Assembly: GCA_902584805.1 (NCBI GenBank)
Contig: CACIBE010000008.1
Coordinates: 5,891 to 69,890 of the forward strand
From: an uncultured Alphaproteobacteria bacterium
GTDB lineage: Bacteria; Pseudomonadota; Alphaproteobacteria; HIMB59; GCA-002718135
Length of the DNA: 64,000 nt
Direction: 5' to 3'
A program made the translations under genes and the position numbers. Positions 22,451 through 31,899 of the stretch are shown in pieces. A model generated the notes under the pieces. It was not told the origin of the DNA, searched no databases, and was given only the letters and a program-made list of their open reading frames with translations. How positions within the stretch are numbered: position 1 is the stretch's first letter; each line of letters opens with the position of its first letter.

Positions 22451-24262
22451 TCAATATAATATATTTTTGTTCATAAATTCATAACATTGATTTTCCCTTG
22501 TATTCTTTTTATAAAAAATAAAAGAATTATAGACTGTTTTTTCTCCTAAGCAGACTTCTTTGCCAACTGGTATACATGGAAAATCAATATCACCACACAT
22601 TAGAATAGCTTGTTCTCCATTATCAAAAACTAATTTTTTAGTTCTTAATCTTTGATTATACAAGGTACTATCCTTTGTAAATGTAATGTAATCAATATTT
22701 TTATTTAATTTATGATTATTTGGCCATGGAAAATTGATAAATTTGTTTTCTCCAAAGTCATTATATACTCTTTTAATATTTTTTATATTTACATAGCTAA
22801 CTGCAAGTACAATTAAAAAAATTAGTGTTACTATATGACTGTTTCTATTTATATATTTATCAAATAAACTTACAATTAAGCTTACAAAAATAATGAAGCA
22901 AAAGTATCCCCCATAACGCATCTGAGGTGATACTAGAAACCAACAAACAATTACTAAAAAAATTGAAGTAAAAAAAATAGATATATTTTTTTTATCAATA
23001 TTACTTTTATAAATTTTACCCTTTTTAAAAGTATTGAGTATAATAAGTGCAAATAAACCTAATAGAAATAAATTTAAAATTTTTTTATAATTAGGATCTT
23101 TAATCCAATATTGAGACCAAAATACCGGAGATGTTTTTAGGTAAATATTATAGTTATAAAAATTTTCTTTTTCTAAGTTTGTCCATACAAATTTATCTGT
23201 AATCTGAAAATTTTCCTTTGCATAAAATGCCCATCCCTTAGAGTCAGAGCTTAATTTATTATATTTTTGTTCGGTTACTTTGAGGTTTGAAGACCAATAA
23301 AGATTATCAAAACATAAGCTTTTAACAGGGTATACTAAACAACCACTATTTATAATATTTTTAGAAAAAAATAATGCTAAAACAATAAACATAAAGATAA
23401 CACCTTTTTTATTATTAATTAAATAAGGCAGTATGAATTTATAATAATAAATAAATAATAATAAAATTAGTGGTATTACTATTACACTGTTAAATCTTAA
23501 TAAAATTGCAAAAACTAATAACAAAAATATTTTTGTTATAATTTCTTCTTTAAATCCATTTAATAGAAGAGAATAGATTAAACATGCAATAATTATCAAT
23601 AATAATTGTGGAGGTATACTTGTCCCCAAATCTCTTAATTTAGCAAAACTAACAATACTGAGGAATAAAACAACAAAATAAAAAATGTTGAATTTTTTAA
23701 GCAATAATTCGATAAGAAAAGTTAAATAAAAAAAGTAAAAAATTAAAATAGGAATTGAAAAATTATTTTCAAATTTTTCACTTATATTAAAAAATATAAT
23801 AATGTCATAAAGACTATAAGTTGAAAAAGCTAATGTATTATTTAAATTTACAATACCAAAAATAATTTTAGAATTCTGTAAATAATTCATGTAAGGTTTA
23901 TAGTAAAAGAAAAAATCTTCATTTGGTTCAGAAATTATTGCTAAAGGCAAAAAAATTATAATTATAAATGAAAATATGATTAATGATTTTTTACTATATT
24001 GTTTTTTTAATAAAAAAATAAAAAATAAAGTAATGCCTAATAAAAAAATAATAGTAGAAACATAATTATTTATATTATAAAAAAAAATTATAATTGAAGA
24101 AATAAAGTATAAAAATAAAAATCCAAATAATCCAATAAATCCAATTTCATTAAAATTTTTTTGATTAGAAATTATTAAAGATTTAGAAAGCTGACCATAA
24201 CCGATTACCATAAGTGCAGATGATATGTAGAAAAAAATAAATAAAATAATATTCACTAGCAT
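22451..24262 (-). CDS. uncharacterised polytopic membrane protein (paralogue B) with a C-terminal soluble domain
   Basis: 603 aa. Shares DLGTSIP and SGCLVYPVKSLCF with the 505-aa protein at 15720-17237. Has an extra Cys-containing C-terminal region (MCGDIDFPCIPVGKEVC). Confidence 0.6.
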   Translation of the reverse strand: MLVNIILFIFFYISSALMVIGYGQLSKSLIISNQKNFNEIGFIGLFGFLFLYFISSIIIFFYNINNYVSTIIFLLGITLFFIFLLKKQYSKKSLIIFSFIIIIFLPLAIISEPNEDFFFYYKPYMNYLQNSKIIFGIVNLNNTLAFSTYSLYDIIIFFNISEKFENNFSIPILIFYFFYLTFLIELLLKKFNIFYFVVLFLSIVSFAKLRDLGTSIPPQLLLIIIACLIYSLLLNGFKEEIITKIFLLLVFAILLRFNSVIVIPLILLLFIYYYKFILPYLINNKKGVIFMFIVLALFFSKNIINSGCLVYPVKSLCFDNLYWSSNLKVTEQKYNKLSSDSKGWAFYAKENFQITDKFVWTNLEKENFYNYNIYLKTSPVFWSQYWIKDPNYKKILNLFLLGLFALIILNTFKKGKIYKSNIDKKNISIFFTSIFLVIVCWFLVSPQMRYGGYFCFIIFVSLIVSLFDKYINRNSHIVTLIFLIVLAVSYVNIKNIKRVYNDFGENKFINFPWPNNHKLNKNIDYITFTKDSTLYNQRLRTKKLVFDNGEQAILMCGDIDFPCIPVGKEVCLGEKTVYNSFIFYKKNTRENQCYEFMNKNILY

Positions 24263-24297
24263 AGTTTAATCACTCAATTGATTACTTATAAATTTAA

Positions 24298-26274
24298 TTA
24301 CCTCTTCTGACACCAAAATTGATACATACCTGCAAAAATTCTAGGATATTTCATTTCAAATTCATTCCATATTGCCAAATCATAAAGATCAGATACCTTA
24401 TTATTTGTTTTCTTAAAATAATTTAATAATTGTCTATTTTCAAAACCACAGAATTTCAAATTTAATTTTTTTAAAAAATTATATATCTCAGTGATTGTAA
24501 AGTTGTGTTCTTGTACATGAAATATTAAATCTCTTAAGCTACTCAATGAGTAAAAATCTGTACTTTGAGTAATTAGTTTATAATCATTCTTGCTGGAGTC
24601 TATAATTCTATCTCTGAATTTTTTTATATTTTCATTATTAATTTTTAGATCAAGATCTGCAATATCCTTTCTTATTCTATGAATATGATTTCTTGCAATT
24701 TTGCTATATAAACCTATCATCATTAATCCATTATTAATCAAAACATCATACAATTTCATCCATCCCTCATAAGGATCTTCCATATGGTGTAAAACACCAA
24801 TGCTTTCAATGATATGAAATTTTTTTCCATAATTTTCCAAATCCAAAATATCCATTTGAATGAAATCAATATTTTGTATACCAAGTTCATTTGCTTTTCT
24901 TTTTGCATAACTTAAACTATTTAAACTTAAGTCAATTGCAGTAATAAAAGAGTTCGCATATTTAGTTGCAGTAGTAATTGCGTGTTGCCCAGTACCGCAT
25001 CCAGCTACTAAAACTTCAATGTTTTGCCAGTTTTTTATACTTTTGTTTATAAAATTTAATTCTAAACTTTTAAAAAAATCATTAGGAATTTTTGGATTAT
25101 TAGTTAATGCAGTTTTATTCCATCTAGGATAGGGATTATTTTCATATTGGTTTTTTACTTTTAGAGAAATAAAATTTTCAATTTTTTTTGATAAAAGTTC
25201 TTTTTTTAATTGTTGTTCTTTTTTTGGCTCAGAAATTTGTTGTTTAATTAAATCAGAAATGCACTCTATGTCTAAAATCTTTATAGGAAATTTATATAAA
25301 TTTAAAGATTTATAAGCTGCTAAACAGGTAATGAGTAAACTATTATCACTGTGTAATTTTTGATCAAAATTTGAATATATTTTCTTTTTAATTTTTGTTA
25401 GAGCATTTAATTCAACATTCTCATAAGAGTATATATATTCATTTATAAAACACTGAGATGCTATTGCACTCATAAGTTCAACGGCTTTTTCTTTATCTTT
25501 GATTGATTTAATATTTAGTAAAATATTTTTTCTTAAATATTTAATTACTTTTTCTAACTTTAAATCTGTAATTGGAGTTATTTTTAATAGTAATACTAAT
25601 ATTTTTAAACTTAAAATTTCATTTATTAATTCATCTAATGAATATTTTTTATTTAATATTTCTAAATTATTTGTAATTGATAATATTTTTGGATTTAAGT
25701 ATAAATATTCAATTAAGTTTTGAATTATATCAAAGGGTCTCAAAATATTATTTTTTTTTAAAACATTTAATATATTTCTATCAATTACTTTTGAGCTTTT
25801 TGAGAATCTAAAGTTTTGTAAACAAACACCAAAGTTTTGAAGTGCAATCGTATAATTAGGATTTATTTCTAGACATTGTATATATTTATCAATTGCTAGT
25901 TTAGTTTTATTTTTATCTCTATAAATATTACCTAAGTTATTATAAGCCTCAAACTTATATGGATTTATTTCTATACATTTATTGTAATTAAATATTGAAT
26001 TATCAAATTCTTTTATTGTTTTGTATATAATTCCTAAATTATAATATGCATCTGAATTATTTTTATCAATTTCGATTATTTCTTTAAAACTTTTTATACT
26101 CTTTTCATAGTTTCTTAAATTATTATAAATATTACCAGATAAGCTCAGCAGAAAAATTGATCTAGGAAATTCTCTTTTTAATTCTAAAATATTTTTTATT
26201 AATTCAGAGTATTTTTTTTGTTCAAAAAGATTTATTAATTCCTCTCTTGTTTTAACATTAGGTTCATTTATCAT
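24298..26274 (-). CDS. TPR-repeat protein fused to a class I SAM-dependent methyltransferase
   Basis: 658 aa. About four TPR units in aa 30-160 (AYYNLGIIY, AYNNLGNIY), a YENNPYPRW motif, then MTase motif I VLVAGCGTGQHA. Confidence 0.75.
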   Translation of the reverse strand: MINEPNVKTREELINLFEQKKYSELIKNILELKREFPRSIFLLSLSGNIYNNLRNYEKSIKSFKEIIEIDKNNSDAYYNLGIIYKTIKEFDNSIFNYNKCIEINPYKFEAYNNLGNIYRDKNKTKLAIDKYIQCLEINPNYTIALQNFGVCLQNFRFSKSSKVIDRNILNVLKKNNILRPFDIIQNLIEYLYLNPKILSITNNLEILNKKYSLDELINEILSLKILVLLLKITPITDLKLEKVIKYLRKNILLNIKSIKDKEKAVELMSAIASQCFINEYIYSYENVELNALTKIKKKIYSNFDQKLHSDNSLLITCLAAYKSLNLYKFPIKILDIECISDLIKQQISEPKKEQQLKKELLSKKIENFISLKVKNQYENNPYPRWNKTALTNNPKIPNDFFKSLELNFINKSIKNWQNIEVLVAGCGTGQHAITTATKYANSFITAIDLSLNSLSYAKRKANELGIQNIDFIQMDILDLENYGKKFHIIESIGVLHHMEDPYEGWMKLYDVLINNGLMMIGLYSKIARNHIHRIRKDIADLDLKINNENIKKFRDRIIDSSKNDYKLITQSTDFYSLSSLRDLIFHVQEHNFTITEIYNFLKKLNLKFCGFENRQLLNYFKKTNNKVSDLYDLAIWNEFEMKYPRIFAGMYQFWCQKR

Positions 26275-26284
26275 AATTTAGACA

Positions 26285-27862
26285 TTACAATACTGATCTA
26301 ATTAAGTTCTTGGTATAATTAGATTTAGGATGATTAAATAATTCTTCACAAATATTTTGTTCAACTATTACTCCATTTTTTAATACTATAATGTTGTCTG
26401 AAATGGATCTAATAACCTTCATATCATGACTGATAAAAATATAACTAAGAGACAAGTCTCTTTGTATTTCATTAAGCAAATCAATGATTTGATTTTGTAT
26501 TGTAATATCTAAAGCTGAAGTTGGCTCATCCAATATTAGTATTTTTGGCTCCAATATTAAAGCCCTTGCAATTGCAATCCTTTGTCTTTGACCGCCTGAA
26601 AATTCGTGTGGATATTTGTTAATACTTTTAGAATAATCTAACCCAACTTTATTTAATACATCTTTTATTCTTTTTTTCTTCTGTTCATTACTAATTGTTG
26701 AATAATGAATATTTAAACCTTCAGAAATTATTTCTTCAATATTCATACGTGGACTTAGGGATGAAAACGGATCTTGGAAAACTATTTGAATCTCTTTTCG
26801 TAATTTTAAAATTTCTTTATCATTAAGTAACGCAATATTTTGATTGTTTATTATAATTTTTCCTTTGCAATTTATTAGTTTTAAAATTGCTAATATAAGC
26901 GAAGTTTTTCCGGAGCCAGACTCACCAACAATTCCTAAACTTTCACCTTTATTTAAAGTAAAACTAACTTTGTTTATTGCTTTAACATAATCAATAGTTC
27001 TTTTAAATAGTCCCTTTTTTATTGGATACCATACATCAAGATTTTCAACTTTTAATATTTCACTTTGATGAATATCATTTCTAATTTTCTTTTTGCTTTG
27101 TGATGAAATTAGTTCCTTTGTGTAGGAATGTTCTGGATATTCGAAAATTTTCTCACTTGATCCATTCTCAACAATTTTTCCATCTTTCATAACATATATA
27201 AAATCTGCTACCTTTTTAATAACTGAAAGATCGTGACTAATAAAAAGCATAGTCATTCCAAGTTTGTTTTGAAGATTAGAAAGTAGATCCAATATTTGCA
27301 TTTGTATAGTTACATCTAGAGCAGTTGTCGGTTCATCAGCAATCAATACATCGGGATTATTAGCTATACTCATTGCAATCATTGCTCTTTGTCTTTGTCC
27401 ACCAGATAATTCATATGGATAAACTTTAGGTCTATTTGCAATTTGTTCGAGACCAACTAGATTTAATAATTCTTGAGTTTTAATAAATGCTTTTTGTTTT
27501 TTAATTATATTATGATTAGTTATTATTTCCATAATTTGCTTGTTTATAGTATGCAAAGGATTTAAGCTTGTCATTGGCTCTTGAAAAATTGTCGAGATTT
27601 TATTACCTCTTATTTTTTGAATTTTTTCTTTATTAAGCTTCAAAATATTATTTTCTTTATATAAAATTTCACCTTTAGTAATTTTAGCGCTACTTGGTAA
27701 TAATTTTAGTATACTTAGTGCTGATAGAGTTTTTCCAGATCCTGATTCACCAACTATTGCAGTAGTTTTGCCTTTAGGGATTTTGATGTTAACGTTTTTA
27801 ATAACTTCATTATTATTATTAAAAGTAACACAAAGGTTCTTAATTGATATAATCGAATCCAT
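26285..27862 (-). CDS. yejF: ABC transporter ATP-binding protein with duplicated ATPase domains (YejF-like)
   Basis: 525 aa with two Walker A motifs (GESGSGKT twice), two LSGGQRQR signatures and oligopeptide-type C-terminal extensions. Confidence 0.85.
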   Translation of the reverse strand: MDSIISIKNLCVTFNNNNEVIKNVNIKIPKGKTTAIVGESGSGKTLSALSILKLLPSSAKITKGEILYKENNILKLNKEKIQKIRGNKISTIFQEPMTSLNPLHTINKQIMEIITNHNIIKKQKAFIKTQELLNLVGLEQIANRPKVYPYELSGGQRQRAMIAMSIANNPDVLIADEPTTALDVTIQMQILDLLSNLQNKLGMTMLFISHDLSVIKKVADFIYVMKDGKIVENGSSEKIFEYPEHSYTKELISSQSKKKIRNDIHQSEILKVENLDVWYPIKKGLFKRTIDYVKAINKVSFTLNKGESLGIVGESGSGKTSLILAILKLINCKGKIIINNQNIALLNDKEILKLRKEIQIVFQDPFSSLSPRMNIEEIISEGLNIHYSTISNEQKKKRIKDVLNKVGLDYSKSINKYPHEFSGGQRQRIAIARALILEPKILILDEPTSALDITIQNQIIDLLNEIQRDLSLSYIFISHDMKVIRSISDNIIVLKNGVIVEQNICEELFNHPKSNYTKNLIRSVL

Positions 27863-27863
27863 A

Positions 27864-28892
27864 TTAACTAAATGTCTTTCTAGGATCCAAGGAGTCTCTT
27901 ATGGCTTCTCCAACAAATACAAGTAATCCTAGCATTATGCCTAATGTTAAAAAACTGGTAATTCCAAGCCATGGTGCTTGTAAATTATTTCTTCCTTGAT
28001 TTACCATTTCGCCTAAAGATGCAGATCCTGGTGGTAAACCAAAGCCCAAAAAATCTAAACCTGATAAAGCTGTTACAGATGCGCTTAAACTAAAAGGAAG
28101 AAAGGTAACTGTAGCTATTGTTGCATTTGGGAGCATGTGCCTAATCATAATCCTTGTGTTTGAAACGCCTAATGCCTTTGCAGCTCTTATATAATCAAAA
28201 TTTCTTGCTCTAAGAAATTCTGCACGTACAACACCAACATAGCCCATCCAACTAAAAAGTAGTAAAATAATAAGTAGCCACCAAAAATTTGGTTGAATTA
28301 CACTCGCTAAAATTATCAAAACATATAGTGTTGGTATAGCTGACCATACCTCCATAAATCTTTGAAAAAATAAATCAGTTTTTCCTCCAAAATACCCCTG
28401 TATAGCTCCAGCTGATACTCCAATAATCATTGAGAAAAACGTTAGAGTAAATCCAAATAATATTGAGATTCGAAAACCATATATTAGCCTTGATAATACA
28501 TCTCTTGCTTGATCATCGGTTCCGAGCCAATTCTTATTTGATGGTGGTGAAGGAGCTGGAGCAGATAAATCTCTTATTATAGTATTATAAGAATATGGAA
28601 TTATTGGCAGAATCATCCATCCATTTTCCTCAATTAAATTTTTAACATATGGATCTTTATAATCTGCCTCTGTTTGAAAATCTCCACCAAATGTAGTTTC
28701 TGAATAGAAAGAAAATATTGGATAATAAAAGTTTGAATTATATTTCACTAATAACGGTTTTTCATTTGCAATAAAATTAGCAAACAAAGAAATAATAAAC
28801 AAAAAACTAAATATCCAAAAAGAATAATAACCTCTTTTATTATTCTTAAAATTATTTAGTCTTCTTTGATTTAATTTTGATAATTTCTTCAT
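27864..28892 (-). CDS. yejE: ABC transporter permease (YejE-like, peptide/opine type)
   Basis: 342 aa of the BPD-transport permease family (DYIRAAKALG). Confidence 0.85.
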   Translation of the reverse strand: MKKLSKLNQRRLNNFKNNKRGYYSFWIFSFLFIISLFANFIANEKPLLVKYNSNFYYPIFSFYSETTFGGDFQTEADYKDPYVKNLIEENGWMILPIIPYSYNTIIRDLSAPAPSPPSNKNWLGTDDQARDVLSRLIYGFRISILFGFTLTFFSMIIGVSAGAIQGYFGGKTDLFFQRFMEVWSAIPTLYVLIILASVIQPNFWWLLIILLLFSWMGYVGVVRAEFLRARNFDYIRAAKALGVSNTRIMIRHMLPNATIATVTFLPFSLSASVTALSGLDFLGFGLPPGSASLGEMVNQGRNNLQAPWLGITSFLTLGIMLGLLVFVGEAIRDSLDPRKTFS

Positions 28893-29992
28893 TATCTTGA
28901 TTCAAAATCTATACGTGGATCAATAATTGAGTACATAAAATCACCAATTATTCCCATAACCAAACCGAGTAGTGAGAAAAAATAAAGTGTTGCAAATATT
29001 ACTGGATAATCTCTAGTCAGAGCAGCTTCGTACCCTAGTAACCCCAACCCATCTAAAGAAAAAATAACCTCAATGAACAGAGAACTTGAAAAAAGAATTC
29101 CAATAAATGCTGATGGAAAACCAGCAATTACTATTAACATTGCATTTCTAAATACATGACCATAAAGAACCTTTCTTTCAGTTAAACCTTTAGAACGTGC
29201 AGTAATTACATATTGTTGATTTACTTGATCAAGAAATGAATTTTTTGTTAAAAAAGTTAATCCAGCAAATCCACTTACAAGCATGGCAGTTAAAGGCAGT
29301 GCTAAATGCCAGAAATAATCTACTATTTTATGAAATAATGTTAACTCATCAAAATTCTCAGAAAATAGACCTCTTAGAGGAAAAATATCATAAAATCTTC
29401 CTCCTGCAAAAAATACAATTAGTATTACAGCAAATAAAAAATTTGGTATTGCATAACCAATTGTTACAATAGAACTTGAGACTATATCAAACCTTGATCC
29501 ATCCTTTATCGCTTTTCTTATACCAAGAGGTATAGATATCAAATATACTAATAAAGTTGTCCATAAACCAAGTGATATTGAAACTGGCATTTTGTCTAAA
29601 ACAATTGAAGTAACTTTTTGATCTCTAAAAAAACTTTCACCAAAATCAAAAGTTAGATAATCTTGTAACATTTTCAGAAAACGTTGATGTGCTGGTTTAT
29701 CCATTCCATACATTTTTTCTATTTCTTTTATAATATCTGGATCAAGACCTTGTGCCCCTCTATACTTGCTATCGTTAACTGATGTAGAATTATCTTGACT
29801 AAACTCTATAGTTTCATCATCACCTCCACCAGAAAATCGAGCTGTTGACTCAACAGCTGTACCAGTCATTTGTGCAATCATTTGTTCTACTGGGCCTCCT
29901 GGAACAATTTGAATGATTGCAAAATTTAAAACCATTATCCCAAAAAGCGTTGGTATTATTAAAAGAAGTCTTTTTATTAAGTAAGCACCCAT
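28892..29992 (-). CDS. yejB: ABC transporter permease (YejB-like)
   Basis: 366 aa, DppB/OppB-like (QQYVITARSKGL). Shares 1 nt with yejE. Confidence 0.85.
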   Translation of the reverse strand: MGAYLIKRLLLIIPTLFGIMVLNFAIIQIVPGGPVEQMIAQMTGTAVESTARFSGGGDDETIEFSQDNSTSVNDSKYRGAQGLDPDIIKEIEKMYGMDKPAHQRFLKMLQDYLTFDFGESFFRDQKVTSIVLDKMPVSISLGLWTTLLVYLISIPLGIRKAIKDGSRFDIVSSSIVTIGYAIPNFLFAVILIVFFAGGRFYDIFPLRGLFSENFDELTLFHKIVDYFWHLALPLTAMLVSGFAGLTFLTKNSFLDQVNQQYVITARSKGLTERKVLYGHVFRNAMLIVIAGFPSAFIGILFSSSLFIEVIFSLDGLGLLGYEAALTRDYPVIFATLYFFSLLGLVMGIIGDFMYSIIDPRIDFESR

Positions 29993-30031
29993 ATTGTGCT
30001 ATTTTATATTATTTCTAATAAACTTTAATAA

Positions 30032-31858
30032 TTAGTTTGATGTTCTACTTGATTGAATTGTTTCAAATTTATTCTGATTAATCCACCATGTATCAAAACC
30101 TAGTGAATATTTTGGTTTAACTTTTGGTTGATCAAAAAAATCCCAATATAAAACTCTATATGATGAAATATGCCATTGAGGAATAACATAGTAATTCCAT
30201 AGAAGAACTCGATCAAGAGCTTTGGTTATAGTTATTAACTCTTCTCTATCACTTGCATTTATTAGGCTTTCTATTAATCCATCTACCGCATAATTTTTTA
30301 TTCCTACAACATTCCTAGATCCATCTGTGTCTGCAGCATCAGAGCCCCAAAAATTTCTTTGTTCATTACCTGGTGATAATGATTGTCCAAATGTTTGAAC
30401 AACCATATCAAAATCAAACGTTTCCATTCTTTTTTGATATTGTGCGCTATCGATTGTTCTTACTTCTGCAATTATTCCCAATTTTTCAAGATTATCTTTA
30501 AATGGAAAAACTATTCTCTCGAACGCTGGTGATCGTAATAAGATTTCAAATTCAAAAGGCTCTTTTGTACTAGAATGTAAAAGTTTACCATCAACTAATT
30601 CCCATCCAGATTCTTCTAAAAGTTTTGACGCTTCTTGCAGTTGCATCCTCATATAACCTGAACCATCTGTAACTGGATTTGAATATTCTTCTGTAAATAT
30701 TTCTTTTGGTAGTACATCAAAATATGGATTTAAATAACTTAATTCTTCTTTTGAAGGAAGACCAGAGGAAGCAAGTTCTGAATTTTCAAAAAAGCTATCT
30801 GTTCTTTTATATGCATCAAAGAATAAATTTTTATTAGACCACTCAAAATCAAAAGCATAAGAAAGAGCCTTTCTTACTCTTCTATCTTTAAATTTTTCTT
30901 TTCTAATATTAAATGCAAAACCTTGCATACCTTGTGGATTTTCATGACTTATTAATTCTTTTTTAATTAAGCCTTCATTCACAGCGTTTATATCATACGC
31001 AGTTGCCCATTCTTTTGATGAATTTTCAGAAAAGAAATCAATCTCACCAGATTTAAAAGCTTCTCTTTCAATACCTCTGTCTTTGTAATAATCGTATCTA
31101 ATTGAGCCGAAGTTATCTTTACCAATTTTAATCGGTATTGATGCACCAAAACCCCAATAATTTTGATCTAGTTCGTACGTAATTGATCTTCCACTATCAA
31201 AAGATTTAATTTTATATGGACCACTTCCAATTGGTATTTCCAGAGATGTTTCTTCAAAGTTTTTATTTTCCCAATAATGTTTTGGCAGGACTGGTAATTG
31301 ACCAACAATTAAAACTAACTCTTTATTCGTGTTTGTTGTAAAATTAAATCTAACTTTATTTTCTTGTTCTTTAATTACTTCTTTCACATCTCCATAGTAG
31401 TATTTATAAAATGGGTGCCCTTTTTCCATTAGGGTATTAAATGTCCAAACAACATCGTCAGCTGTAATTTTTTTCCCATCGTGCCAATACGCTTCGTTTC
31501 TTAATGTAAATGAAACCCAAGATCTATCATCTGGCCATTCAATTGTTTCTGCCAATAATCCGTATTCCGTAAACGCTTCATCACTTGATCCCGTTGTCAA
31601 TGTTTCATACAATCCCCCAATTCCAGCTGCTGAGGTACCTTTTAAAATAAAGGGATTGAAGCTGTCATAAGTTCCAATGGCACTTCTTACTATCGATCCG
31701 CCTTTAATTGAATTTGGATTAATGTATTCAACATTTTCAAAATCTTTTGAGTATTTTGGCTCACCATGCATTGCAATTGCATGCGATATATTAGTATTTG
31801 CATGTACTTTTAGTTGAAAAATTAGAGTGAACGTAAAGATCAAAGTGAGTATTTTCAT
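30032..31858 (-). CDS. yejA: periplasmic substrate-binding protein, family 5 (YejA-like)
   Basis: 608 aa with a signal peptide (MKILTLIFTFTLIFQLKVHA). It is an extended SBP_bac_5-type protein and the first gene of the transporter operon. Confidence 0.8.
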   Translation of the reverse strand: MKILTLIFTFTLIFQLKVHANTNISHAIAMHGEPKYSKDFENVEYINPNSIKGGSIVRSAIGTYDSFNPFILKGTSAAGIGGLYETLTTGSSDEAFTEYGLLAETIEWPDDRSWVSFTLRNEAYWHDGKKITADDVVWTFNTLMEKGHPFYKYYYGDVKEVIKEQENKVRFNFTTNTNKELVLIVGQLPVLPKHYWENKNFEETSLEIPIGSGPYKIKSFDSGRSITYELDQNYWGFGASIPIKIGKDNFGSIRYDYYKDRGIEREAFKSGEIDFFSENSSKEWATAYDINAVNEGLIKKELISHENPQGMQGFAFNIRKEKFKDRRVRKALSYAFDFEWSNKNLFFDAYKRTDSFFENSELASSGLPSKEELSYLNPYFDVLPKEIFTEEYSNPVTDGSGYMRMQLQEASKLLEESGWELVDGKLLHSSTKEPFEFEILLRSPAFERIVFPFKDNLEKLGIIAEVRTIDSAQYQKRMETFDFDMVVQTFGQSLSPGNEQRNFWGSDAADTDGSRNVVGIKNYAVDGLIESLINASDREELITITKALDRVLLWNYYVIPQWHISSYRVLYWDFFDQPKVKPKYSLGFDTWWINQNKFETIQSSRTSN

Positions 31859-31899
31859 ACTATTAATATACGTCTATTTATTAGAAATTAAAATAAATT

